This document shows, one piece after another, positions 39,531 through 51,600 of a DNA stretch of 64,000 nucleotides. Within the stretch, counting starts at the first letter, position 1; each line of letters starts with the position of its first letter. The position numbers and the translations under genes were made by a program. The notes beneath the pieces are model-generated. The model made no database searches, was not told the DNA's origin, and was given only the letters and a program-made list of their open reading frames with translations. Source of the stretch: a virus; IMG/VR virus record IMGVR_UViG_3300025450_000016; one strand, written 5' to 3'.

Positions 39531-40706
39531 ATGACACAACAATTATTAGAAAGCCGTTGGGGCGAAACCAAAGAAGCCCTGTTAGAAGGCCTACAAGGTT
39601 CACGTCGTACAACAATGGGTGTGATCTTAGAAAACACTCGTAAAATGTTAGCTGAGAACGCAACAGCTGGCTCAACACAAGCAGGTAACGTAGCTACACT
39701 AAACCGTGTAATTCTACCAGTTATCCGTCGTGTAATGCCAACAGTTATCGCTAACGAAATCGTTGGTGTACAACCAATGACAGGTCCAGTTGCTCAAATC
39801 CACACATTGCGTGTTCGTTATGCTGATAGCGTTAGTGCTACAACATCAACAGACGGCGCAAACGCTGGCGATGAGGCATTGAGCCCATTCAAGATTGCAA
39901 CAGCATACTCTGGTAACTCTGCAACTTCACAAGCTACTTCTACAGCAGCTCTTGAAGGCGTAGCAGGTAACCGTATCAACGTTCAAATCTTGAAACAAGT
40001 TGTAGAAGCTAAAACACGTAAGTTATCAGCTCGTTGGACATTCGAAGCTGCGCAAGATGCACAATCTATGCACGGTTTGGATGTTGAAGCTGAAATCATG
40101 GCTGCTTTGGCACAAGAGATCACAGTTGAGATCGACCAAGAAATTTTGGCTTCTTTACGTGCTCTAGCTGCAACTGATTACACATTTGACCAAGCTGCAG
40201 TATCTGGTACAGCTACATTCGTTGGTGATGAACACGCTGCTTTAGCTGTTCTAGTCAATCGTACAGCTAACTTGATCGCTCAGCGTACACGTCGTGGTGC
40301 TGGTAACTGGGCAGTTGTTTCCCCAGCTGCGTTAACAGTACTACAAAGTGCTACAACATCTGCATTCGCTCGTACAACAGAAGGCACATTCGAAGCTCCT
40401 ACAAACACCAAGTTTGTTGGTACATTGAACGGCGCAATGAAGATTTATGTTGACGGTTATGCAAACGACAGCCAAGCTGTATTAGTTGGTTATAAGGGTT
40501 CAAGCGAGGCTGATGCAGCTGCGTTCTATTGCCCATATATCCCATTGATGAGCTCTGGTGTTGTACTAGATCCAAGTACATTCGAACCAGTAGTTAGCTT
40601 CATGACACGTTATGGTTATGTTGAGTTAACAAACACAGCGTCATCTCTAGGTAACGCTGGTGACTACGTTGGTGAGATTGCAGTTGCGAACTTATCATTC
40701 CAGTAA
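39531..40706 (+). CDS. gp23: Major capsid protein
   Basis: RR.MP..IA..I.GVQPMTGP, AKTRKL.A.WT.E.AQD...HG.D.E.E, FYCPYIPL and F.TRYG motifs. Confidence 0.97.
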   Translation: MTQQLLESRWGETKEALLEGLQGSRRTTMGVILENTRKMLAENATAGSTQAGNVATLNRVILPVIRRVMPTVIANEIVGVQPMTGPVAQIHTLRVRYADSVSATTSTDGANAGDEALSPFKIATAYSGNSATSQATSTAALEGVAGNRINVQILKQVVEAKTRKLSARWTFEAAQDAQSMHGLDVEAEIMAALAQEITVEIDQEILASLRALAATDYTFDQAAVSGTATFVGDEHAALAVLVNRTANLIAQRTRRGAGNWAVVSPAALTVLQSATTSAFARTTEGTFEAPTNTKFVGTLNGAMKIYVDGYANDSQAVLVGYKGSSEADAAAFYCPYIPLMSSGVVLDPSTFEPVVSFMTRYGYVELTNTASSLGNAGDYVGEIAVANLSFQ

Positions 40707-40740
40707 TCCAAAAATTACTACCCAGGGATGGGAAGGAAAC

Positions 40741-40765
40741 AAAAAGCCCCGCAAGGGGCTTTTTT
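40741..40765 (+). terminator. Intrinsic terminator after gp23
   Basis: AGCCCC-GCAA-GGGGCT followed by a T run. Confidence 0.9.
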
Positions 40766-40784
40766 GTTGACCGCATAAATAATA

Positions 40785-40860
40785 GTGTTCACTCACAAGA
40801 GTAACTTTCGGAGCACCACTTCGGATAGCCTAGAACGCTAACGCCCTTGGGGCAAAGGAG
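40785..40860 (+). ncRNA. Putative structured 5' leader (cis-regulatory RNA)
   Basis: Four consecutive hairpins between the TAAATA promoter (40776) and the AAGGAG SD. Confidence 0.5.
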
Positions 40861-40867
40861 AAATAAA

Positions 40868-41338
40868 ATGGCAAACAAACTAAAAATCGCAAAAACTCAT
40901 TCGGTTACCAGTCAGCTGGTTGACTCATACACCAGTCCAACTTTAATCAGCGGTAATCACGTTGGTTCTGTTGGTGGTATTCGCAGTCAAATTGGACCAC
41001 AGATTGCACCGCAAGTTAAAATTAACGGTTCTGCAACAACCGGTAGCATTTTGCGTCAAAAAGGTGCACACAAGTTTTTAGCTACAGATGGTACAGATAC
41101 TGCTATCTGCAAGCTGGTAAATTTGGCAACACCAACAGTGGCAAACACAATGAGCATTGGTATTATTCTAGCCAACACTACACAGTTACAAGCTAGCCGT
41201 ATTACCAACCGTTGGGTATATGACTTTGCTGGTAACAAGTATCGTTATTGGACCAAAGCTGCTACAACAAACAATCCATATGCTGTTGATGCAGCCGCCG
41301 GCACAGTGGGTTTTGTTCAAGTATTAGACGCTAACTAA
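40868..41338 (+). CDS. Virion (possibly head decoration) protein
   Basis: Monocistronic late unit directly after gp23 with a strong SD; contains I.RQKG..KF. Confidence 0.6.
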   Translation: MANKLKIAKTHSVTSQLVDSYTSPTLISGNHVGSVGGIRSQIGPQIAPQVKINGSATTGSILRQKGAHKFLATDGTDTAICKLVNLATPTVANTMSIGIILANTTQLQASRITNRWVYDFAGNKYRYWTKAATTNNPYAVDAAAGTVGFVQVLDAN

Positions 41339-41358
41339 TTTTATTTGTTAGACTCAAC

Positions 41359-41384
41359 AAAAACGGGCTTCGGCCCGTTTTTTT
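41359..41384 (+). terminator. Intrinsic terminator
   Basis: ACGGGC-TTCG-GCCCGT followed by a T run. Confidence 0.9.
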
Positions 41385-41438
41385 ATTAAAAGTTATATTT
41401 TATGATTGCATAAATACTACTAAATTAAGGTTTCTAGG

Positions 41439-42059
41439 ATGGCAACAGTTAAAAAAATTCTTGGCGATTATACCATACAAAGTGTTGGTACACAAAGCAA
41501 CGTCAATATTAACACAAACACACTAACAGTCAACGGAAATATGATTGTTAATGGTACAACAACGACCATTGAAAGTACCAATACTGTTATCTATGACAAC
41601 CAAATAGAACTAAATGCCAATCTGAGTCCCACTGCGCCACCGTTGCCAATTCAATCTGGCATAATAGTAAATCGCGGAACCGGCGCTCTAGCACAACTGA
41701 TATGGGACGAAACAACTAAATCTTGGTTGATCAATACACCAGGCAACCCATCATCTTCATTGAGTGCCGTTGCCATTACCAGCAGCAGTGGTGGATTACA
41801 AATCACCGGCAATCTAGATTTAAAACAATACACACTATATACCAGCACACAATCACAGTTGACAATAGATTCAAACGTGTCAATAAAAAATTCCAATGTG
41901 GCTCCTGGCGCTACAGCTGGTTACAACACAATTTACACAACTACACCACCTGCTAGCAGTCCTAGAGACTCGGGTGTATTTGTCACAAACACAACAAAAC
42001 AAGGTGCTCAGCTGTCAACTAAAAATCAAGCACTTCTTTATTCGTTGATTTTCTTCTAA
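41439..42059 (+). CDS. Virion structural/fibre-associated protein
   Basis: V.G.TTTI.S....D..I.LN....GI.VNRG....L.WDE module shared with the downstream fibre genes. Confidence 0.7.
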   Translation: MATVKKILGDYTIQSVGTQSNVNINTNTLTVNGNMIVNGTTTTIESTNTVIYDNQIELNANLSPTAPPLPIQSGIIVNRGTGALAQLIWDETTKSWLINTPGNPSSSLSAVAITSSSGGLQITGNLDLKQYTLYTSTQSQLTIDSNVSIKNSNVAPGATAGYNTIYTTTPPASSPRDSGVFVTNTTKQGAQLSTKNQALLYSLIFF

Positions 42060-42069
42060 GGATTTATAA

Positions 42070-42399
42070 ATGGCTATCACAAATACAAAATTACCAAATG
42101 GACCATTTGCAAATGTTGCCTATGCTCCTGCAAGTCAGACTCGAGTGGTCACAACAATGTATCTTTGCAACAATAGCAATGTCACTGTTGCGGCAAATGT
42201 TTACTTGGTACCTGCACAGGCCAACGTGGCTGACCCGCTTGGTAGTTTGGTTTATACCAACATTCAACTTACACCATACGAAACTTATGTGATTGATGGC
42301 GAACGCATTGTGTTAGAAAATGGTGATAGTATTTTTGCAAACATAAGCACAGGAACTTCTGGTGCAGTTATAATGACAGTTAGCTCTGTTGGAGCCTAA
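42070..42399 (+). CDS. Small virion structural protein
   Basis: 109-aa beta-rich ORF with SD, inside the late operon. Confidence 0.65.
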   Translation: MAITNTKLPNGPFANVAYAPASQTRVVTTMYLCNNSNVTVAANVYLVPAQANVADPLGSLVYTNIQLTPYETYVIDGERIVLENGDSIFANISTGTSGAVIMTVSSVGA

Positions 42400-42402
42400 T
42401 AG

Positions 42403-42843
42403 ATGGGACGATATCTTAAAAATACTCAGCTGAAAGGCGGGAGTCATTCTATTCAACTACCGATGGGTACCAACAGTATTGGTCCCGACAGTCCGGTCAA
42501 CGGCCAAATCAGATTCAATCAAACAACCAATAAAATTGAATTTTACTACAACAATCAATGGAATCAAGTGGCCAAAATTGGCACAGTACAAGTGGTAGTT
42601 GATCAACTGGTCACAGCCGATGGCGTAAATCAATATCCAATGTCACAGAGTTATATAGCTGGACAAGAAAGCAGCGTATTGGTATTTGTTGGCGGAGTCC
42701 AACAGATCCCCAATGTGAACTACACTTTTTCTGCCAACGTAGCATCAAATCAATTGTATCTCCAACCCAGCACATCTGGAGATGCCAATCAACCTATTAT
42801 TGTAATACACAACCTTAATAGCACCAAAACGATCGGGGATTAA
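42403..42843 (+). CDS. Small virion structural protein
   Basis: G.IRFN.....EFY....W and VFVGGVQQ.P...Y modules shared with 42847 and 45633. Confidence 0.65.
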   Translation: MGRYLKNTQLKGGSHSIQLPMGTNSIGPDSPVNGQIRFNQTTNKIEFYYNNQWNQVAKIGTVQVVVDQLVTADGVNQYPMSQSYIAGQESSVLVFVGGVQQIPNVNYTFSANVASNQLYLQPSTSGDANQPIIVIHNLNSTKTIGD

Positions 42844-42846
42844 CCA

Positions 42847-45435
42847 ATGGCAATTGGTAAAGTATCGGGGGTAATGCTACAAAACAACTTGGCTCGCCAA
42901 GGTAGCAATCTTGCGTTCGACGGAAACCTAATATACCTTGATGTTACCAATCGAAGAATTGGTGTTAACACAGTAAACCCAACCAAAGATTTTCAAGTTG
43001 CTGGTGCAACACAGTTAGGCAACGTTATCATCAACGGCGACTCAATCGCTCACATCAACCCTTCCAGTCAAGTGTTGTTGGGCAACGTCAGTCAAATTCA
43101 TATTGCCGGCGGCAGCGCCAACAATTTGTTATACACAGATGGTGCTGGTAACTTGGCATTTACCAGTTTACAGACTCTACTGTCACTTAACAATGTAACA
43201 ACAAACAATATTCCATATCGACCTGTGCCGGTTACCGCCAACATTGGTCAAAACTCTGTCACTTACAGCACCAATGCATTGACCACAGGTCAAAGTACCA
43301 GCCAAGCCATCAGCATCTTGGACAGCATACTGGGCAACATCACCAACATCAGCGGCAATGTTATTACCACTGGCAATTTGTTTCTAACAGGTGGAGCACA
43401 AAATTATGTATTGTCCACTGACGGAGCCGGCAACACCTTTTGGTCAGACATTTCAAATGTGGTCAACACTGGTGGATTCAGTGGTACCGGCTTGGTGTTG
43501 GGTGCAAACACCACAGGCAGTTTTTCTTCGGCCATTACGCTAACTTCCACTACCAGTATAACCAACAGCATAGCGTTGTTGAATCAATTGCTAGGCAACA
43601 TTACCAACAGTACTGGATCGGCTATTCACACGTCTGGTAACGTGAATGCCAGCGGAGTAGTTGCCAATAATTTTTATGGCAATCTTGTTGGATCTGTTTT
43701 AACTGCCAATCAACCGTATATCACTGGCCTGGGCAATCTGGGCAATCTTACAGTTAATAATTCCATAACATCTACCACAGTAACAGCTCAAAACTATTAC
43801 GGCAACCTAACTGGTAACAGTACCGGCACACTGACTGGCAATGTGATTGGTAACATAACTGGCACCAATGGTACATTCTCCAGCAATGTAACAGCTGGAA
43901 ATGTTTATACCACCAATGGCACATTCAGTGGCAACGTGTACGGTAACATCGGCACAGCATCGCAACCTTATATTACCGCGGTTGGTACATTGTCTAATTT
44001 GGCAGTGACCGGTGGGGTACAGGCCAGCTCAGTTACTGCCGGCGCAGCCTATATTAACGGACCACTAACAGCCAACTCAGCCAGCATTGCTGGTAATTTG
44101 TCAATTGGTAACAATCTTACCATTGGCGGAACAACTACTTTGGCAACCTTGTTGGTTAACACAGTTGAACTGGATCAAGGTAACCTGACAGCGGCCGCCA
44201 CTTTCAGTACATTCTACGGCAACACATACGGTACCGTGGCCAGCTATACCGGTAACGTAACTACTGGTAACTTGATAACCGGCAACATTGCCAGCAATAC
44301 TGTGCGCGGCAACGTGATAGGACGTTTAACCGGTAACGTTACTGGTAACGTGAGTGGCACTTACGGCGTATTTTCAAACAGCATATCAACTGGAGATGGC
44401 ACATTCTCGGGCAACATTTACGGCAACATCAACACTCCTGCTCAACCTTACATTACCAGCTTGGGTACACTGACCAATCTTGCTGTAATTGGCAATATTA
44501 CGGCCAACAACATTGCGGCCAACTCAACATTATACGGAAATTTTGCCGGCACGTTATTGACACCAAGTCAGCCCAATATTACTACGGTGGGTAATCTTGG
44601 CAATTTGACAGTCAACACCAGCATAACAGCCACCACTGTAACAGCTCAAACCTATTATGGCAACATTGTTGGCAACGCAACAGGTACATTATTGACACCA
44701 AGTCAGCCCAACATTACCACGGTGGGCAATCTTGGTAACCTAACTGTTAATACTACAATCACCGCCGGTGGTAACATTACCACAGCGGCCAATGTCAATG
44801 CTACTACATTCTTTGGAAACATTTACACAGACCGCATCAATTCTCTTTACACAACAGTAACAGAGTTTGATTCGGTTGGTGCATTGGGCCTGCCAAACGG
44901 CAACAGCGTACAGCGTCCTTCCTTAACCAAGGGCGGGTATTTGCGTTACAACACAGATATACCGTCAATTGAATACTACGATGGCGCGGCCTGGGTAGCA
45001 GTTACCAACTCAGTTAGAAGTCAAATTATAACTCCTGACGGCGTCAGTCAACAATTTGGCCTAAATCAAGTGACCACATCAGCCGGTTGTATTGTCAGTA
45101 TCAACGGTACTGTGCAACAGCCTGGTATTGCATATAATGTAAACGAAAATCAAATTACCTTTACAGAAGTTCCGCAAGTGACTGATATTGTTGACGTTCG
45201 TTTCTTGGGCGCAACGGTAAACATCAATACCAGTCTTGCAGATAACTTGAACATTGCTGGCAACCTAACAGTGGTTGGAACAACATCTGCTCATACTGTG
45301 TCAACTGGAGCCTTCAGCATCACAGAAAACAACAATCAAGTTGTGGTCAGTTGCAATGGTGTTAAGGTATTTGCCATTGACAGCACAGGCAATGTAATGA
45401 TTGCCGGCAATATCACCTACGGTCCAATTGTTTAA
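42847..45435 (+). CDS. Asn/Thr/Gly-rich fibre-like protein
   Basis: GN-hydrophobic-T repeats, five QP(Y/N)IT..G.L.NL.V repeats, and shared C-terminal modules. Confidence 0.75.
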   Translation: MAIGKVSGVMLQNNLARQGSNLAFDGNLIYLDVTNRRIGVNTVNPTKDFQVAGATQLGNVIINGDSIAHINPSSQVLLGNVSQIHIAGGSANNLLYTDGAGNLAFTSLQTLLSLNNVTTNNIPYRPVPVTANIGQNSVTYSTNALTTGQSTSQAISILDSILGNITNISGNVITTGNLFLTGGAQNYVLSTDGAGNTFWSDISNVVNTGGFSGTGLVLGANTTGSFSSAITLTSTTSITNSIALLNQLLGNITNSTGSAIHTSGNVNASGVVANNFYGNLVGSVLTANQPYITGLGNLGNLTVNNSITSTTVTAQNYYGNLTGNSTGTLTGNVIGNITGTNGTFSSNVTAGNVYTTNGTFSGNVYGNIGTASQPYITAVGTLSNLAVTGGVQASSVTAGAAYINGPLTANSASIAGNLSIGNNLTIGGTTTLATLLVNTVELDQGNLTAAATFSTFYGNTYGTVASYTGNVTTGNLITGNIASNTVRGNVIGRLTGNVTGNVSGTYGVFSNSISTGDGTFSGNIYGNINTPAQPYITSLGTLTNLAVIGNITANNIAANSTLYGNFAGTLLTPSQPNITTVGNLGNLTVNTSITATTVTAQTYYGNIVGNATGTLLTPSQPNITTVGNLGNLTVNTTITAGGNITTAANVNATTFFGNIYTDRINSLYTTVTEFDSVGALGLPNGNSVQRPSLTKGGYLRYNTDIPSIEYYDGAAWVAVTNSVRSQIITPDGVSQQFGLNQVTTSAGCIVSINGTVQQPGIAYNVNENQITFTEVPQVTDIVDVRFLGATVNINTSLADNLNIAGNLTVVGTTSAHTVSTGAFSITENNNQVVVSCNGVKVFAIDSTGNVMIAGNITYGPIV

Positions 45436-45632
45436 AAACCAAGCGTATCTAGAATATTTTTTTACAACCAGGTAAATACTAAAGTAATACAGCAGTTCGT
45501 TTCTCTACCACCTTCTCTTATATTCCCCGGCTAGCCTAAAATCCAAAAACCCATTTTTAAAAGGGTGTAGCCCGGAATTCCTACGGCCGCGATAAATAAC
45601 ATTATAACCTATAAATTATAAAGGATTTAACT

Positions 45633-48600
45633 ATGAGCGCCGGTAATATTACAAGAATTAAAAATAATCAGATCACTGATTCTACCATCACAGCACAGAA
45701 AATTGCATCTGGCACACTGACAGGTGCATTGTTTAGCCCCTCATTAACACTTTCTTCTGATGTTACTATCACTGGTAATTTGAGTGTTAGCGGCAACTCA
45801 AGTACAATTAACTCAGTTAATACATTTATCAATGACCCTACTGTTGTTTTCAACAACGGATACACTGGCAGCTTGGCCGGTTATGACATTGGTATGTTTA
45901 TCAATCGTAACTTGTCATCCTTGGCTGGTTACGGTGCGGTTAATACTGCATTCGTTTGGGACGAAAACGCTGGTGCGTTTATTGCAGTAGCAACAACAAC
46001 CAGCACAGGCGGTGGTAGCAGCAAAGTTACCAGCGTTACTAACTCAGGTTTTGCCAACGTCAAAGTCGGTAATGCCACAATGGTCAGTGCAAGTATTACC
46101 AACAATTTATCGGCTGGTGGTATTACTGCAACTCCAATTTCAGGTAGCACAGGTTCCTTTACAACATTAGCTGCTTCAACTGGTTTTTCTACAGCTAATG
46201 CTGTAATTACAGGCGGTAGCTTGAATTCAACACCAATTGGTGCTACAACAGCTTCAACTGGTGCATTTACAACATTATCTGCAACCAGTATTTCTACTGC
46301 CAACGCAGTTATCACTGGTGGTAGTTTAACCAACATTTCCATTGAAGGTGTTACAACATTAACTGCTACAAACTTCTCAACTGCCAACGCAGTGGTTACA
46401 GGCGGCAGCTTAGATTCAACACCAATTGGTGCTACAACAGCTTCAACTGGTAAATTCACAACATTGTCAGCAAGTGGTACACTAGGTGTAACTGGTGCTG
46501 CTACATTATCAAGCACATTGGCTGTAACTGGCGCAACTACATTGTCAACAGCTACAGCTGGCGCAATCCAAGCCACTGCAATTGGTAACGTAACACCAGG
46601 CACTGGTGCTTTCACAACATTAAGCTCAAGTGGTGCAGCTACGCTAAACAGCGCCGCAGTAACAAACAATGCTACTGTAGGTGGCACACTGGGCGTAACT
46701 GGCGCAACTACTTTGGCTGGTTTAACAGCTGGTGCAACCAGTGTAACAACATTGGCAGCAAGTGGCACAAGTACATTGGCGGCTGTAAGTGCAACCAACG
46801 TAACAGCAAGCGGTACACTAGGTGTAACTGGTGCAACCACTTTAACTACAGCTACAGCAAGTAGTTTACAAGCCACTGCAATTGGTAATGTGACACCAGG
46901 TACTGGTGCTTTCACAACATTAACATCAAGTGGTGCAAGCACACTAAACAGCTTGGCTGTAACTGTTAACGCAACTGTTGGCGGCACATTAACTGTAACT
47001 GGCGCAACAACTGCGGCCAACATTGGTGCAACCAACATCACAGCAAGTGGTACACTAGGTGTAACTGGTGCTACAACACTAAACACATTGAGCACAAGTG
47101 GTGCCGCTACTTTAAACAGCGCAAGCATAACAAACAACGCAACAGTTGGCGGTACATTAACTGTAACTGGTACATTGAGTGCTGCTTCAGCTTCGTTCTC
47201 AAGCATCAACAATACTCCAGTTGGTAATGCAACTCCAAGTACTGGTGCTTTCACAACGTTAAATTCAAGTGGTGCTACAACACTAGGTGCTGTAACAGCA
47301 ACCAGCTTGAATTCAACACCAATTGGTGCTACAACAGCTTCAACCGGTGCATTTACAACACTAAGCGCAACTGGAGCAAGTACATTGGCTGCAGTAAGCG
47401 CAACCAACATTACAGCAAGTGGCACATTGAGTGTAACTGGCAACACAACTGTTGGTCAATTGAGTGTTGCTAACGAAACAGACACAGGTAACTTGACTGT
47501 TGGTGGTACACTAGGCGTTACTGGCGCAACTACTTTGGCTGGTGTGACAACTGGTGCCGCTACATTATTGAGCGCAAGCGTAACAAACAACGCTACTGTG
47601 GGTGGTACACTAGGCGTTACTGGCGCAACTACTTTGGCTGGTTTAACAGCTGGCGCAGTAACAGCTACTAGCTTGAACAACACACCAATTGGTGCTACAA
47701 CAGCATCAACTGGTGCATTTACAACTGTAAGCACAAGTGGTGCAGCTACTCTAAACAGCGCAAGTATTACCAACAATGCAAGCGTTGGTGGTACATTGGG
47801 TGTAACTGGCGCCACAACGCTAGGTTCATTGAGTGTTGCCAACGAAACTGACACAGGTAATTTGACTGTAAGCGGTGGTTTACAAGCTACAGCAATTGGT
47901 AACGTAACACCTGGCACAGCAGCCTTTACAACACTAAGCACAAGTGGTGCAGCTACTCTAAACAGCGTAACTGTAACAAACAATGCAACAGTAAACGGCA
48001 CATTGACAGCCGCTTCGATCAGTATTGCATCGTTAAACAATACACCAATTGGTAACGCAACTCCAAGTACTGGCGCATTTACAACATTAAGTTCAAGTGG
48101 CGCAGCCACATTGGCCAGTGCAAGCATAACAGGTAACGAAACTGTTGGCGGTACTTTGGCAGTAACTGGTGCAACTACTTTGGCTGGTTTAACAGCTGGC
48201 GCAGTAACAGCAACTAGTTTGAATAACACACCGGTTGGTAACGCAACACCTTCAACAGGTTCGTTTACAACATTGATCAACTCTGGTGTACACATCAGCA
48301 ACGGTAACATTGTTGCCGCAAGTGGTACAGCAAGTACAAGTACAACAACTGGCGCATTGGTAGTTGCTGGTGGTGTTGGTATTAGCGGTGCTGTGTTTAT
48401 TGGTGGCAACTTGAGTGTTGCTGGTACATTGACATACCTAAACACAACACAAGTACAAATTACTGGTACAGAGGTTGTTGCTGGTACATTAACAGCAAAC
48501 TCAACCAACACATCAACAAGCACAACATCGGGTGCCTTACAAGTGGCAGGCGGTGCGGGCATTGTTGGTAACATTTATGCTGGTAGTATCCAAGCTACTC

Positions 48601-51600
48601 CAATTGGTTCATACACACCAAGTACTGGTGCATTTACCACATTGAACGCAACAGGCGCTGCAGCACTAAGCACAGTAACAGCATACGGCATACAAGCAAC
48701 TGCAATTGGTAACGTAACACCAGGCACTGGTGCTTTCACAACATTAAGCTCAAGTGGTGCAGCTACATTAAACAGCTTGGTTACAACTACCAGCGCCAAC
48801 GTTGGCGGTAACTTGATTGTTGGTGCTGGATCAACATTCAGCGGCGACCTAATCCCAAGTGCAAACGTAACATACAATTTAGGTAGCTCAACTAACCAGT
48901 GGAAAACATTATGGATTAGTGGTAGCACAATCCAAATTGGTGGTGTAGCAGTTACAGCAGCTCCTGCAACTGGTGTTGTAATGCCAGCTATTAACAGTAC
49001 ACCAATTGGTAACGCAACTCCAAGTACTGGTGCATTTACAACATTAAGTTCAAGTGGCGCAAGCACACTAAACAGTTTGGGCGTAACAAACAACGCAACA
49101 GTTGGTGGTACATTGGGCGTAACTGGTGCTACAACACTAGGCACATTGAGTGTAACCAACGAAACAGACACAGGTAACTTGACTGTAAGTGGTGGCTTGC
49201 AAGCAACTGCAATTGGCAACGTAACTCCAGGTACTGCGGCATTCACAACACTAAGTACAAGCGGTGCAGCCACATTGGCTAGCGCAAGCATCACTGGCAA
49301 CGCAACTGTTGGTGGCAACGCAACTGTTACTGGCAATTTAGTAGCAGCCAACTTTACAACATCTGGTTCAAACGGTAACATCAGTGGTGTTAACAACATT
49401 ACAGCCACAAGCAGCAACTTTACTAGTGCAACAGTTTCTGGTACATTAACTACAGGCTCATTGAGTGTTGCAAGTATCAACAGCACACCAATTGGCAATG
49501 CAACTCCAAGTACTGCGGCATTCACAACATTAAGCTCAAGTGGCGCAGCCACATTGGCTAGCGCAAGCATCACTGGTAACGAAACAGTTGGTGGTACATT
49601 GGCAGTTACCGGTGCTACAACATTGGCTGGTTTAACAGCTGGTGCAGTAACAGCAACAAGTATTAACTCAACACCAATTGGTGCTACAACAGCATCAACC
49701 GGTGCTTTCACAACATTGACATCAAGTGGCGCAGCTACTTTAAACAGCGCAAGCGTAACAAACAATGCTACTGTAGGCGGTACATTGGGTGTAACTGGCG
49801 CTACAACATTGGCTGGTGTAACAACTGGTGCTGCTACATTGTTAAGTGCCGCAGTAACAAACAATGCTACTGTAGGTGGTACACTAGGTGTAACTGGTGC
49901 AACCACTTTAACTACAGCTACAGCAAGCGGTTTACAAGCTACAGCAATTGGTAACGTGACACCAGGTACTGGTGCATTTACTAACTTGACAGCAAGTGGC
50001 ACACTAGGTGTAACTGGTGCTACAACATTGGCTAACGTTAGTGCAACTAACGTGACAGCAAGTGGCTCAGCAACAATAACAGGTAACGTAATTGGTGGTA
50101 ACATTGTTGCTCTTGGTGGCGTATACGGTACAATTTATGGTAGCTTGGCCGGTGCATCAACAAGTTCTAACGTTGCATTGTACATCACTACAACAACAAC
50201 CAGCACAAACGGTACATATTACCCAGCGTTCTTGAGTGCAACAACTGGTAACTTGGCACCTATTACAAACAGCTCGTTAACATACAATCCGGGTACTGGT
50301 TTATTGACCACAACTGGTGTAACAGCTACAAACGGTACATTCACTTACGTTACTCCAACCAACTTGAGTACTGGTAATGCAGTATTGAGTGGTGGTACTA
50401 TCAACAACGTGGTAATTGGCGGAACAACGCCGGCAGCTGGTACATTTACAACAGCTACAGCTACAAACGTAACTGGTACAAACGTAACAGGTACATACGT
50501 AACTGCCACAAACTTCAGTACAGCAAATGCTCAGATTACTGGCGGTACATTGACTGGTATTACACTAGAAAACGTAACAAACTTGAACGTAACAAACTTG
50601 TCAACAGCCAACGCAGTGGTTACAGGCGGTAGTGTAAACTCAACACCAATTGGTGCTACAACAGCATCAACCGGTGCATTTACAACATTGAGCACAAGTG
50701 GCGCAGCTACATTGGCTAGTGCAAACGTGTCCGGTGCATTGATTGTAACTGGCACTTCAACACATACTGCTAATGCAACGTTTGGTAACGCAGTTACAAT
50801 TAACAGTAGCCAAACAGCTGGTAGCGACTTTATTGCCAAAGGTAAAAACGATGGTACATTGATTTGGGCACACTCAGCTAGTGCATACGATCAAGTTGTA
50901 ATTGGTAATACAGCTACAACAGGTAACCTAGTAACTGGCGCCAAGTTGATCATCAACTCCACAGACGCTATCTTGTTACCAGTTGGTTCAAACGCACAAC
51001 GTCCAAGTAGTTCGGGTGGTACAGACGTAGCAGGTATGATACGTTTCAACAACTACTCAAACAGCGTTGAATATTATACAGGTTCAGGTTGGCAAGGTTC
51101 GGGTTCAACATTTACATTGATTACAGATCAACAGATTACTGCTGACGGATCAGCATCAAGTTGGACATTGACACAAAGCACAACAACAGCTGGCGTTATT
51201 GTTAGCATCAACGGTGTGGTACAGATCCCAACATTGGCTTACTCTGTAACTAGTGGAACAACATTGACATTCACTGAAATCCCAGCATCTGGCGATATCA
51301 TTGATGTACGTATCCTAACTACAACACAATCTGTTTCAAGCATTGCAAGTGCCAATGGTTATATGGGTATATCAGCCGACAACAACGGCGTATACATTTC
51401 AACTGGCACAAGCACACCAACCAATACAACATATTGGAGCACAACAGGTGCACAAGTTAGTGCAATTGGTAACGTATCAGTTGGTGCAAGTGCTACTACA
51501 ATTGACACAGTTGACAATACCAAGTTCCGTAGTGCCAAGTACGTTGTACAAATTACTAACGGTTCAAGCTACCAAGTTATGGAAGCATTGTTAATCAGTG

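Noticed and set aside
46130-50700. CRISPR array or DGR template/variable repeats
   Set aside because: The repeats are in-frame coding modules with synonymous, not adenine-specific, differences; there are no regular spacers and no cas or RT gene.
45929-50839. Long minus-strand ORFs (505, 372, 509 and 102 aa) opposite the fibre gene
   Set aside because: Shadow frames caused by the ACA/GCA/GGT/GTA codon bias and repeats of the sense gene; no SD or promoter.
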